DNA from: Macrostomum hystrix | Lineage: Eukaryota; Animalia; Platyhelminthes | DNA length: 64,000 nucleotides | Assembly (NCBI GenBank): GCA_950097015.1 | Contig: CATNEN010000039.1 | Coordinates: 1,426,001-1,490,000, forward strand | Reading direction: 5' to 3' | In this document: positions 33,648 through 46,355 of the stretch, one piece after another | Numbering within the stretch: the first letter of the stretch is position 1 | Layout of the letters: each line of letters opens with the position of its first letter | Program-made: the position numbers and the translations under genes | The notes under the pieces: generated by a model | What the model was told of the DNA's origin: nothing | Seen by the model: only the letters and a program-made list of their open reading frames with translations | The model's database searches: none

Positions 33648-36600
33648 ATGCCTGCGCTGCAGTTGCTGCGAGCCCGCCGGCGCAGCCTAGCAGCTGCACT
33701 GCTGACCGCCATTTGCCTGACGGCAGCCACGCACCTCTTCCTGCTGCCCACACCACCGCAGCAGCTGGATGGCCAATCGAGCAGCCCAGACTCAGACGAC
33801 ATTGATCAGGCGCTGCCGGACTATGCGGAGCCAAACTTGCTGCACTCAGCTAGGCTGGGCCGGCACTATCTGCGCAATGACCAGCCTTCACCATGGGGCC
33901 ACCCCGTGATGGACATGTCCTGCAGCATGCACACCTGCTTCAATTTCTCCCGCTGTCGCAGCGGCTTTACAGTCTACGTCTATCCGAGGCCCGGCGGCGA
34001 TAGGGGCCCCGGTGACAGCGATGACGAGAGCGGTCTGGACGGCGGCGGCGACAGTTCGGACACCTACGAGAAGATTCTGCGAGCTATTCGCCTGTCGCCT
34101 TACTACACAGACGATCCCGAGAAGGCGTGCATCTTTGTGCCCGGAGTGGACACCCTGGATAGAGACGCCCTGAGTCCACGCTTCAAAGCCGCCGCCTCCG
34201 CTGAGATCACCAGCTACAGGTGGGGCTTTTAGTGCCTAGCCGCATGGCTGTCATTACCCCTCAGTATGAACTCGATCTGTCATTACCCTCAGTATGATCT
34301 GGATCGGTCATTACCCCTCTTAGTATGAACTGGATCGGTCATTACCCCTCTCAGTATGAACTGGATCGGTAATTACCCCTCTCAGTATGATCTGGATCGG
34401 TCATTACCCCTCAGTATGAACTGGATCAGTCATTACCCCTCTCAGTATGAACTGGATCGGTCATTACCCCTTATTATGAACTGGATCGGTCATTACCCCT
34501 CTCAGTATCAACTGGACGAAATGCTAGTTGCAAAGCCCCGCAAATGTTGCAGCCACTGGCACGGTCGCGGAGAGAACCACCTGATCTTCAACCTGTATGC
34601 TGGCACCTGGCCAAATTATTACGAGCACGAGCTCGGCATCCCCAGCGACCGGGCCATCCTGGCCAAGGCCAGTTTCTCAACTACCAACATTCGCTCGCTG
34701 TTCGACCTGTCCTTCCCGCTGGTGCACTCGCAGCATCCGCTGATGGCTCCACCAGCCGTGCAGGCAGGTGCGGGCAGCTCCGAGCCCTACCTGGCGCTGG
34801 CCAGGCGGCCTGTGCTGCTGTCTTTCAAGGGCAAGCGCTACGTGATCGGCAGCGGCAGCGCCAGCCGGAATTCCCTCTATCATCTGGACAATGGCCGCGA
34901 TATTCTGCTGTTCACCACCTGCCGACACGGTGACAATTGGAGGCGTTTTAGCGACGCCAGGTGTGCGCTGGACAATGCCCGGTAAATCTATCCTGTGCCC
35001 AATTAGTCAATGTTTTTTTGCGTCTAACAGCATTTTGCCTGCTTATTGTTATCCCACAGATACGGACTGTGGGACTACGATAGCCTGTTACGCAACTCAA
35101 CCTTCTGCCTGGTACCCCGGGGACGAAGGCTCGGCTCCTATCGCTTTTTAGAAGTTTTGCAGGTGAGAAAAAACTCATATCGTAAAAATTGTATTATCCC
35201 CATAGGAAAACTGATTGACAGGCAGGTCATGTGTCTCTTTGAGTAGTTTGTCTTTTTGAGCAGTTTCGAGCAGTTTTTCACAGTTCATACTGTGACAAAA
35301 TGTGTAAACGTTCCCCGTTTACACATTTTGTCTGACAGGTTGTGCACTTTTTGTCTAACATGTTCCAGCTTTTGTCTAACACGTTCCATCTTTTGTCTAA
35401 CATGTTCTAGCTTTTGTCTAACATGTTCCAGCTTTTGTCTAACATGTTCCAGCTTTTGTTGCACTTGTAATCTGCAGGTTTCCTCAACCGCTACAAACTG
35501 ATTCAATCGCTGCCCAATCCCAAATATCCCCAAGGCCGGCTGCATCCCAGTGATCCTCTCCAACGACTGGGAGCTGCCGTTCTCCGAGGTGATCGACTGG
35601 CGCCGAGCCGTGGTGTGGGCCGACGAGCGCGAAATGCTGCAGCTGCCCGACATTGTGCGGGCGATTCCTGACTGGCGAATTATCCAGATGCGCCAGCAGT
35701 GCCGCTTCCTCTACAGCGCCTATTTCTCCTCGGTGCAGTCCATTGTTCGAGTCACGCTGGAGATTCTGGCCGACCGGATCGGCTACCTCAGGCGGCCCGG
35801 CCTGTTCTGGAACAGCCGGCCCGGCGGCCTGCTGATCCGGCCGCAGTTCTCGCTCAACCCCTGCTATTACCCTTTCTACGGCCCGCGGCCCGGGCCCTGC
35901 CCGCCTGGCCGGGCAGAGCACGTGAGTCCTCTGCCTTTGTTGGGACGAGAATATGGCAAATGGAAAGGAAGGGGTGAGGGGAAGAAAGAAAGGTGTAGAG
36001 GGGAAGAAAGGTAGTAAGAGAGGGGAAGAAAGGTAGTAAGAGAAGGGAAGAAAGGTAGTAAGAGAGGGGAAGAAAGGTAGTAAGAGAGGGGAAGAAAGGT
36101 AGTAAGAGAGGGGAAGAAAGGTAGTAAGAGAGGGGAAGAAAGGTAGTAAGAGAGGGGAAGAAAGGTAGTAAGAGAGGGGAAGAAAGGTAGTAAGAGAGGG
36201 GAAGAAAGGTAGTAAGAGAGGGGAAGAAAGGTAGTAAGAGAGGGGAAGAAAGGTAGTAAGAGAGGGGAAGAAAGGTAGTAAGAGAGGGGAAGAAAGGTAG
36301 TAAGAGAGGGGAAGAAAGGTAGTAAGAGAGGGGAAGAAAGGTAGTAAGAGAGGGGAAGAAAGGTAGTAAGAGAGGGGAAGAAAGGTAGTAAGAGAGGGGA
36401 AGAAAGGTAGTAAGAGAGGGGAAGAAAGGTAGTAAGAGAGGGGAAGAAAGGTAGTAAGAGAGGGGAAGAAAGGTAGTAAGAGAGGGGAAGAAAGGTAGTA
36501 AGAGAGGGGAAGAAAGGTAGTAAGAGAGGGGAAGAAAGGTAGTAAGAGAGGGGAAGAAAGGTAGTAAGAGAGGGGAAGAAAGGTAGTAAGAGAGGGGAAG

Positions 36601-38263
36601 AAAGGTAGTAAGAGAGGGGAAGAAAGGTAGTAAGAGAGGGGAAGAAAGGTAGTAAGAGAGGGGAAGAAAGGTAGTAAGAGAGGGGAAGAAAGGTAGTAAG
36701 AGAGGGGAAGAAAGGTAGTAAGAGAGGGGAAGAAAGGAAGGGGAGAGAGGAAGAAAGGAAGGTTGAGAGGGGAAGGAAGGACTGAATTCAGCTTCTCACT
36801 TATTCTGCGCATGTCCCTCAGGTGACTGCGGTGGTGTTCTGTGGTCACGGATGTCGTCAGGCCGTGCTCTTCCACTTGCTCCGCTCTCTGTCCGGCGGCG
36901 GCGGTCTCGTCCGTCAGGTCTTTGTTATATGGCGGCCGGCGCCATCGTTCTCACCCACGACGCAGCAGCCGCCGCCGATGCCAGCGATGCGTCGCCTGCT
37001 TGGCAACGGCATTCGATTGGCAATGACCTCCGCATCCGGCGGCTCCCTCAGCATGATTGAAATGCCTGACTGGAGCCTGGTGAGCGGACCTCTAGCTGCT
37101 GATTCTGGCAGGAGTGAAGAGTTGGCAGCTCCATTTAAACCTTCAACACACTGACCACAAGTCCACAAGGAATCACCTTCAAACTTCTAACTCCCATGGA
37201 AAACTATTAATTCCCCAAAAAACTGTTTTAACTATGAAAAAATATTTAAAATCCCCATAAAATCTCATTCAAATTCCACAAAATCCTAGGTAATTGCCCA
37301 CAAAATACATTTTTTAACCACCACAGAATCCCCTCTAACTCCTGCAATATCCCATCAGATCCATTTGGAATCCTGCAATATCCCATCAGATCCATTTGGA
37401 ATCCTGCAATATCCCATCAGATCCATTTGGAATCCTGCAATATCCCATCAGATCCATTTGGAATCCTGCAATATCCCATCAGATCCATTTGGAATCCTGC
37501 AATATCCCATCAGATCCATTTGGAATCCTGCAATATCCCATCAGATCCATTTGGAATCCTGCAATATCCCATCATATCCATTTGTAATCCCTTCAAAGCG
37601 CTCCTTCTTCTCGCCAGATCTCGCAGGACGCGGTGCTGCTTCTAAACGCCTCAGCCCTGATTTCCTCACTGCATCAGCGCCAGCTGCAGCAGCTCTTCCG
37701 GCTGGCCTTCAGCGTCTGGCGGGCCCAGCCGGACCGGGCTGTGGGACTGCAGGGCGGCCTGCACTATTACGACGACTTCCAGGTGATAGTCGTCGATCCT
37801 CTGTTTTCAATATTTCCACCCACAATGGGATTTGTCCTTTCAGCTCCGCAGCTCCGATCCCATTTTGCAGGAGCGCTGGAGTCTGACCACCGCCCCCGCC
37901 ACTGGCGTCTCTTGCCTGCTGGGCCCAGCCTTGCTGCTGCACCGCTACTATGCCTACCTCATGTCCAGCCCCTTCGCTGACAGGCTCCGCCGCGTAGCCT
38001 CCGTGTTCGACGGCTGCGACCTCCTGGCCTGGAGCTTCCTAGTCAGTCATGTGACCGGCCGGCCGCCAGCCCAGCTGCTTGAGCACCGGGCCGCCTGGGC
38101 CCAGCCGGAGCTCCTCGGCACCAGGCAGCAGTGCCTGCAGCCTTTGGCCAACGCTCTGGGCTCGGCTGTGCCGTTAGCGGCGTCCCGGGCTCGCATGGAC
38201 CCGCTGCTCTTTCGTGTCAGGGCCGCGCCTCAGAGACTCTTCCCTGACCTAGAGCCAGTCTGA
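33648..38263 (+). CDS. EXT1: Exostosin-1 / tout-velu-like heparan sulfate polymerase; exons 33648-34219, 34553-34981, 35060-35162, 35535-35921, 36822-37079, 37618-37782, 37871-38263
   Basis: Signal anchor followed by EXT1-typical motifs: [74 protein letters not shown]. The GT64 C-terminal domain is divergent. Introns are in-phase GT-AG. Confidence 0.92.
34248..34510. repeat. ~28-31-bp intronic minisatellite
   Basis: Unit cattacccctctcagtatgaactggatcggt in EXT intron 1. Confidence 0.9.
35347..35460. repeat. 21-bp intronic minisatellite
   Basis: Unit cttttgtctaacatgttccag. Confidence 0.85.
35998..36737. repeat. 22-bp polypurine minisatellite, ~33 copies, in an EXT intron
   Basis: Unit agaggggaagaaaggtagtaag, nearly invariant. 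Confidence 0.97.
37340..37585. repeat. 31-bp intronic minisatellite
   Basis: Unit tcctgcaatatcccatcagatccatttggaa, ~8 copies. Confidence 0.92.
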
Positions 38264-38265
38264 TA

Positions 38266-38546
38266 ATCCCAGATCCTCTAGGACGGATCCCAGGTCCTCT
38301 AGGACGGATCCCAGGTCCTCTAGGACGGATCCCAGGTCCTCTAGGACGGATCCCAGATTCTCTAGGACGGATCCCAGATCCTCTTGGACGGATCCCAGAT
38401 TATCTAGGATGGATCCCAGATTCTCTAGGACAGATCCCAGATTCTCTAGGACGGATCCCAGATTCTCTAGGACGGATCCCAGATTCTCTAGGACGGATCC
38501 CAGATCCTCTAGGACGGATCCCAGATCCTCTAGGACGGATCCCAGA
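38266..38546. repeat. 21-bp minisatellite immediately after the EXT stop codon
   Basis: Unit atcccagatcctctaggacgg, ~13 copies. Confidence 0.92.
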
Positions 38547-39845
38547 TACACTACGTCATATTCCAGCCGCTTCAATATAAATCCCTGACCCTATGCAATA
38601 AATTCAGGATCCTCTAGGATCCTCTATAATGAATCTCAAATCCTTGATAATTATGTGTCATTGTGTGTCGTTACGGAATCCGAATTTGGTGCCTTGCTAA
38701 GTTGATGCATTTCTGTATATTTCTAAGAGTCTTCTTTCTACCTGGCGTTTTGCTCTCCTCGCACGCTTTCATGTTTAAACAGTGTTGCAAATAAATAGCT
38801 GTCTATATTGTGCCTGTGAAACTTGTATGCTAGTGTTTGTGCTTGAGAAGCTGTATATGTAAATAAGTTTGAGAAGCGAAAAAACTTTGTTAAACTTCTT
38901 ATCTTCGATAATTGAATGATTTTTAAAATGCTAAATTAACGATGGTCTCAGAGTCGTTACACTAGAAAGCTTAAACCTCTTATTAAATTACTTCCCGATA
39001 GTTAAGAAATTGCCGAGGTAAAACCAATAAAAGCATTGATCTACGGCATGATTCTTGGTTAGATATTAAACGCGGTAACTGAATAACCAGTTTTGTGTGT
39101 TTTATGTTCTTGCATCGAGTATTATTATATCTAATCTAGGCGATCAGCCTTTTACCTTTTACCTAGATCCCCTGGGTCTCCCATTGGTGGGGCCATGAGT
39201 TTATTGCGTCCACTAGAGGGCCACCTAAAGTGGGATTCACCGGTGAATCAATGTACACTCATCAACATTGAAAAGTTTTCACCCTTGCACCAGGCATGTA
39301 TATTTAGAGTTTCAAAACTGGTATTTGTCGCCAGACTTGTGCCATAGACGATTGATGATTTCGTCAACATGCACTTGGGCCATAGACAAAAACCTGGGTC
39401 ATAGACGCCAGAAAAGGCGAAGGAAACAGTCACATGGAGCAGACAGCAGCAGCTTACAGTAGTCTAAAATCCGCGTTCGCAACCGAAAGACATGGTTCGC
39501 AAAATGACCTACCTGGAACGAGCGCGCGCCATTGACTAACGATTTTGCAGTGCCGCATTGATACTTTTTACCATAGAGGCGTGGGACAACGACCCGATTC
39601 GCGTGCGGCTACACCCCGTTGTCGCACGCTTCTATTTTTAGATTTATTCTGTTTCACTCACAGAGAAAAATAAACAATTAGAGTAACATTGTCAGAACAC
39701 ACGCTCTTGCAAAACGAGAGAATTGTTACAGTGACTGCAACTCGTTATAAAGCCTTTAGGCTTGAAGTTGAGCACGCAGTTGTCAAATTTTCCATTGAAG
39801 TTGAGTGTGAATGCAGCGCCCTTGACTTCGTTGGCGGACTCCACT

Positions 39846-40310
39846 TCAATCTGCTGCATCGAATGCCCACTGGCCGACGATCGCCGACTTGGTGACAGAT
39901 GTACGGACATTCGTTTTGACCCGCTGTTGGCCCGGCTCCTGGACAGCGCTGGTAGATTGGTCAGGCGATGTGGGTGTTGCAGCCTCAGTGGCCCCGCCGT
40001 TTGATCCGTAGAGACTAGCTGTCAGAGCGTCCGACATGCTGGCCATCTCCGTGGCCTTGCGCTTTCCATGCGTCAGGTACCTGTGTAGTATAATGTATAG
40101 TACATTGAGAATGTAGCCTAAATTAAATTTACTGTTTAACAAACATCTCACTTGTACTAACCTTTGAACAGTCTTGGTCTCCTTGTGACCCGTGATCTTG
40201 CAAATTTGTTCCAACCGAAAACCAGAGATGACAGTCGGTCGAATGCAATGCGATGTGTACTCCTTGGACAATCCAGCCGATGTCGATATTGCCTTCATCA
40301 TTGCACCGAC
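39846..40310 (-). pseudogene. Crypton-like tyrosine-recombinase relic with an intron
   Basis: YTSHCIRPT (HxxR) and ICKITGHKETKTVQR|intron|YL supply the catalytic H/R/H/Y layout of Crypton-type tyrosine recombinases. Confidence 0.65.
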
Positions 40311-40399
40311 AATGAATGTTGGATCCTCCCACCGGCTTTAAGGAACAGACGGCCAACAGCCTTCAGCGCCAAAAAAACTCTGCCATTTGCGATACCCAC

Positions 40400-40990
40400 T
40401 TGAAAGCTAAGGTCTCATCTATGTTCTATAATACGAAAGTGTCGCAATACGTGCAAATACTCAAGTCCAGTGTCGCGAAAGCCTTGAGTGCAGGAGTCAT
40501 CTACAAATTCTTGAGCGTTGCTGAGCAATGCCAGTTTTAGATAGGTAAAAACTAAAAGACACCTACACACAAGGATTAAGGAGCACTGTACAAGAGCTAG
40601 TGTTGTGCACGACCACCTTCACATGCGCAACCAATGCGCCAACGCATTAGTTAGACGCACTGAGAAATTTGAAATTATTGAGCGTAATCGCCAGAGTATG
40701 AAGTTGTCTACTATTGAGGCGTTGTATACATTAAACAGCTCAAGCCCGACATGAACATCCAACTAGCTGGCAGAGGGGCGAGTGTCTATTTAAAGATGTT
40801 CTGACCCATGCGCTCTCAAACTAGCCACCTTCTGTTTGTGCTGCATTCACCTACCTTGCATACATTATGTGATCAGCATTCTTACCGTTCGGTTTTGTCA
40901 TCTCTAATAAATCAGCCTGATGATGTCAATTGAGCTGGCGAAACATGTCGGGTTAATTTAGCAATTCGGATTGATAAAAGTTAAAAAGAA
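40400..40990 (+). mobile_element. Penelope-like element 3' relic (GIY-YIG endonuclease)
   Basis: Translates as GVIYKF...QF*IGKTKRHLHTRIKEH...FEII...IEALY/IKQLKPDMNIQ...LKMF*, with one stop and one frameshift, followed by a hammerhead motif. Confidence 0.85.
40908..40960 (+). ncRNA. Minimal type I hammerhead ribozyme motif (Penelope-associated)
   Basis: CTGATGA core at 40917-40923, extra T, stem II gtca/tggc, GAAA, palindromic stem III ACATGT, and GTC cleavage triplet ending at 40949. Stem I is imperfect. Confidence 0.7.
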
Positions 40991-41099
40991 AATTGCGAAT
41001 TTTAATGTTTATTTTCTTGACATTCTTTAAAAGAAGTACCATACCACGACTCTACTGCAAGGTGACTTCGGCTTTATGAATTTCAATCGCAGATAGCGG

Positions 41100-41870
41100 G
41101 GCCTGATCACCAGGCGAACCGGTCGCAGTTCGATTTGGCAAGTCCAGATTTAACAAAGTTCGATAGCCGCCTTGTTCACTGAACCAGAATTCTGGAAATT
41201 GAATTTGTCTTTGATGCCGAAATCGTTCTGACGAAGAAACTTGGGGCCTTGCAGCCACAATAGATTGCTCATCAGCTTCTCTGGCAAACATCCTCGAGAC
41301 GGGAGGTCCGCAGGATTTACAGCACCTAAAACGTGCCTCCACTCGCTGATGGTTGTCAACTGTCAAATCTCTTGAACAAAAATTTGACGAAGCTTGGACT
41401 CACACAGAATCCACTGCAACGTGTTAGTGCTGTCCGTCCACAGATTCCTCTAGAGCTAGCTAACTCGGTGCTCGAGCTAGAGCACCGAGCAATTCTAAGC
41501 GTGCAATACTGATTCTTACAGTATCCTCCATACCAGAAGATGGAGGACTGCAGCATATGCTTTCACAGCCGGAGAAAGAAGACAATACTCGCTTTGTGTG
41601 AGGCCGATCTCGGATCGAGTCTGAGACTGAATGAACATCAAAGTGAAGCGTGTCCTGCTTGAAATTCCAACGAAGACCTAAGACTTCGCTAGCAATGCTC
41701 ACATCGGTCGGTGGCAGACAAGCAGTAAGCAGCTCCGAGTTCGACTGCATCTTAGGTTCATCCCAGCCAAGCTAAAAACTCTCTTTGATTGCTGATAGAG
41801 ACGAGTTGCATCATCCACTGAGTCGCAGCTGGAGACTAGACTGTCAACGTCAAGGTCATGCTTCATCAGA
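41100..41870 (-). mobile_element. BEL/Pao LTR-retrotransposon pol relic
   Basis: VLGLRWN..DTL, SIARLELLGAL and WRHVLGAVNPADLPSRG...WLQGPKFL motifs across broken frames. Confidence 0.85.
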
Positions 41871-42532
41871 ATAATTCAGAAAAAAATCGATAATTAATTA
41901 AAGACCCAGGGCTAGCAGACAAAAGGTTGGGTGGCAAATCAAAAACGTTAGGACTTAGATGTAACAAGCTTTCTCCGCGACAAAAATATAACAAAACTGC
42001 TCAGTTGAGCTTCTTCTGCATGTTAACCGTGTCTAGACTTTTCCCAGTCGTTTCTTAGCACTTAATCTTTGAGTTCACCTTTTTCTAATTGATTACTGAT
42101 GACTGTAGCCCCAGGTGCTCAAGTGCTATTAGACCCGCTTGTCTTGTCAGGTCGCCATCTTCTGTTGGCTGCGGTCAGGATAGCTCTAAAAGCCTGCTGT
42201 TAAAGTCCCGCAAAGAAGCGATTCAATACAAATCCGTTTTCGCAGGCGGTCTACCTCGTTTATTTTCTTTGGTAAAAAAATGGGCTTTCGTGACAGACGG
42301 AACTGTAGCTATGGCGAGGCGATAGGTTTGATAGCTTTGCAACAAAGACTATCTGAGATGGTCTTCAGCCAAGAAAATGGAGCCGAGGCAGATTAAAAAT
42401 CAAGCAGAGAGCTCAGCTGAACATATCCAAGTCAGCAGAAAGTGTGACTAAAAGCAGAAATACTTATTGTGCTCATAGCTATGCATAAACCCGATCGCAT
42501 CAAACAGTAAAGAATTACATTTCGGCTATTTA

Positions 42533-45500
42533 TCATACAATCGACTTCTTCCCGAAAAAATCCGGCGAGTTCAGCTGGGAGACCCGCCGTTTGAAGTTGG
42601 CGGCTGACGCGGACTGTCGGCGATCGCCATTGGCCAAGCTGGCCGGCACTGTCTGGCTCTCCTCTGATTGGTCGCCGGAGCGGAAACGCTTGTACATCTC
42701 TTCGATGATATCAGCGGCGCAGACGTCGCCGATGTTCTCGGCAATCATCCGGAGCAGAAAGACGCCGTCATGTGACAGGAATCGACCGACAAACTGCTTG
42801 CGCAACGTCTTTTGATCGGTATCTCCGCTGCTTGTCAGCACCTGCAGGTACCGCTTGACGAACCTCTGCCGGTTCTTGTACACCATGAGGCGCAGCAGCC
42901 ACACCAGTGTCGAGCCGATGGTGAGGGCCAGACACAGAATGGTCCAGAACCATAGGAAGATGTAGATCTTCTCGTTCAGCAGGTTGACGGGCAGGACGCA
43001 CTGCACCGAGCGGATGTTCCACTGGCCGACGTGCTTGGAAGGCACATCGCAGAACGTGACCCTTGGGAACACCATGGTCTGCTCCCACTCACGGCCACGC
43101 ATCAGATTGCTCAGGCAGTGCCAGCCGAAGGCCAGGCTGTCGAATCCCAGGAAGGACTTCATCATGAACAGGTGAGCAACTGCCACCAGGGCGTATACCA
43201 GCTTGTTCGTGATGTACAGAGCCAGCAGCATTGTGCCCGAGCGCTTGCCGAACCAGAAACAGGGCAAAAACCGGTGGCAGGCTCTGTGTAAGCTCTGGCG
43301 TTGGCCTTTGTCATTCCTCACAGCCGGCAGAGCCCCGTGTTCCGCTTCGCTGTCACCGGCCGGCTTGCTCGCAGCTGCGCCGGCGATGCGGCCGCAGCCG
43401 CGGCAGTTGATCGTCCTTTCGATGTGCCGCGCCAGGAAGCACAGGAGTTTCTTCTTCCGGTCCTGGTCCAATGTCGCGGCTTCCGCTGCGAACTTCACAA
43501 TGGCATTGGGATTGTAGCCGGTCTGCAGGGCAATGATCTTCCACACCAGGTGCGGCAGGTACACTAGCAGGGCCTCCAGTGCCAGCACGAATGGCACCCA
43601 CTGGTAATAGTCTGCGGTTGTTTTGCGATGGTTCGGGTTTTCAATTCTGACCCGAGTCTGAGAAGCTGCGTTTTTAATCTGGTAAGTTTTAGTTACCTCT
43701 ATAAGAGTGGAGAGGATGTTAATACACCTATGCAAGTTGGGGCAGATTGACAGCTGCAGTTATTGCTGGGTACATCTGTTCAGTCCGTGGACACGCGAGG
43801 CCACCACAGACACTCGAATTTCTACCCCATTCCCCGCTCAAAAGCTGGAACACATTTTTACAGCTGTGGGAAATAAAGCAATCGGGAATTTAGAGCATTG
43901 CTTAAGGATATAAGTTCTTAAGAGAGCATCCCCTTGGGCTGAGATTCGAACTCCCAACCTTTCGCTTAGAAGTCCGAATCTCCAACCAGTAAGCTTTAAG
44001 CTAACTTGCTTGTGTACTGACACAAGTATTGAAAATTTATTTTAGAGCCAACGAGTATTCAAAGGGTTATTTTTGCTAAGTGACTAACAGTAGAGTCACT
44101 GACTAACTTCCAGAATCACAAAACCTCTGCATCGTCCAGATATTCAATGATTCTCGTCGGTTTGTCTGGCGGCAAAAACCACCAATTTTGGCATGCTTCT
44201 GCTCACAAAAGTTCATCGTGTAACAATGTCGACTTTCTGGATTATATTGAACCAATATTCGCTAATAAAGATTTATACAGAGCATCATGTCACCAGTCTT
44301 CGACAAGAGCCGCTGAATATGTCGACGATGCTGACGCCGGAAGGCTTTGAAAGTTGGTTCATCCTAAGGGCCGAAAAATTTTGATTCAGATGGTGGGCTT
44401 TCATGAGAATCGGTCATTCGGTTTGGGAGCTGTCGTGAAGTAGGCACCGGGTATTTGAAATACTTTTACAGTTTCAAATGCTTCTTTTTGGTGCAATTGT
44501 CCACATTCCACATTCCACATTCCACATTCCATATTAAACATTACACAATCCACAATCCATATTACACATTCCACATTCCACATTCCATATTCCACATTCC
44601 ACTTTCTACATTACACATTCCATGTTCTACATTCCACATTCCACATTCCATATTCCACATTTGACATTACATATTCCATATTCCACATTCCACATTCCAC
44701 ATTCCATATTACACATTCTACATTCCACATTCTACATTCCATATTCCACATTCCACATTCCACATTCCATGTTCTACATTCTACATTACACATTCCACAT
44801 TCCACATTATACATTACACATTCCACATTCCACATCCTACATTACACATTCCACATTCCACATTCTACATTACACATTCCATGTTCTACATTCCACATTC
44901 CATATTCCACATTTGACATTACATATTCCACATTCCACATTCTACATTACACATTCCATGTTCTACATTCCACATTCCACATTCCATATTCCACATTCCA
45001 CATTAGGCTGAGTCAAACAGACTAGCTCTTTACTAAGTTTAGTTTAAAGATGGACAATTGTTAATTGACAGTCACAATGGTCTCAAGCATGGAGCACCCG
45101 TATCTGCTGCTTCGCCCTCCACCTAACCCTGCTCAAATTCTCCTGTCACAGCATGCTCAGAGAAGATATGCGAATCTTAATAAAGTATGGTAAGTAGGAC
45201 TCAAAACTTAGCTCCGAGCTGTGGCTAGGTGAGCTGAGGCCCTTGTCTTGCACCGCTCACCCAACCCCCCTTAGAGGAAGTGACTACGAATTAGTTGAAT
45301 AGTGAAATAAATGCTTCTGCTTTGCTTTGTTTGCTTGTTGCATGTTTGCCTGACTGCGTGCAGTTGTGCAAGCTACGACACCTCAGCTGAGCAAGACGTC
45401 AGCAAAGAAATTTTATTTTCTGCCTAAACGATTCGACCATCTACAATTCACCCGGGGTAAGGCCAAGAGCAAAGTTCCAAGGAAAACAACCCATTCTACC

Positions 45501-46355
45501 TGCTTTCAGCTGTCCATGATTAGGTTTTAAGTTCTCAAGTTGCAGCGTGGATATCTGGATTCCAGACTTCCAGCATTCCACATTCCACATTCCACATTCC
45601 ATATTCCATATTTCATATTCCATATTTCATATTCCATATTTCATATTCCATATTTCATATTCCATATTTCATATTCCATATTCCATATTCCATATTTCAT
45701 ATTCCATATTTCATATTCCATATATCATATTCCATATATCATATTCCATATTTCATATTCCAGATTACACATTCCACATTTTATACTCCACATTTTATGT
45801 TCCACATTCCACATTCCACATTTCACATTCCATATTAAACATTCCATATTCCACATTCCATATTCCACATTCCACCTTCCACATTCCACATTCCACATTC
45901 CACATTCCACATTCCACATTCCACATTCTACCTTCCACATTCCATATTCCACATTCCACCTTCCACATTCCACCTTCCACATTCCACATTCCACCTTTCA
46001 CATTCCACATTACACAATACACACTCCACATTACGCAGCCCTGGTGGTGCAGCTTACTGAGCTCCGACTTGCGCCTGGTGGCCATATCTGGGTGCTCCGG
46101 GGTCAGGAGCGCCACGTGGTATGTGTTCTGTATCCAGCAGTAGTTCTCAGTGTACTCCTCCCAGGGCCGCGGCCATTCGGGCGGCACCCAGCACTGGATG
46201 GGGGTGAAGATGTACTGCCGCATGGCGATGACGGCTGTGGCGATGATGAGGAAGGCGCCGGTCCATTGGTAGTTCACCTTGTCGGCGAAGTCCTCGGCAT
46301 TCACGAGGCTGCCGAATTTGAACTTGGCGAAGCGGAAGAAGAAGTCGGTGTTCAT
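42533..46355 (-). CDS. Innexin (gap junction protein), 2 coding exons 46355-46058 and 43611-42533, 458 aa
   Basis: DFADKVNY, PIQCWVP...YTENYCW, YYQWVPF signature, FPRVTFCD, QCVLPVNLLNEKIYIFLWFW and DGVFLLR. Phase-1 GT-AG intron. Confidence 0.97.
43720..43995 (-). mobile_element. tRNA-derived SINE in the innexin intron (related copy at ~29600-29770)
   Basis: Minus-strand B box gttcgaatc and cagctgtaaaaatgtgttccagc CORE-like segment. Confidence 0.5.
44500..45005. repeat. (TTCCACA)n heptamer satellite
   Basis: Degenerate 7-mer array in the innexin intron. Confidence 0.95.
45574..46032. repeat. (TTCCAYA)n heptamer satellite
   Basis: Second 7-mer array next to the innexin exon 1 donor. Confidence 0.95.

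Noticed and set aside
35484-36875. 463-aa minus-strand ORF
   Set aside because: Read-through of a 22-bp intronic satellite plus the antisense of an EXT exon.
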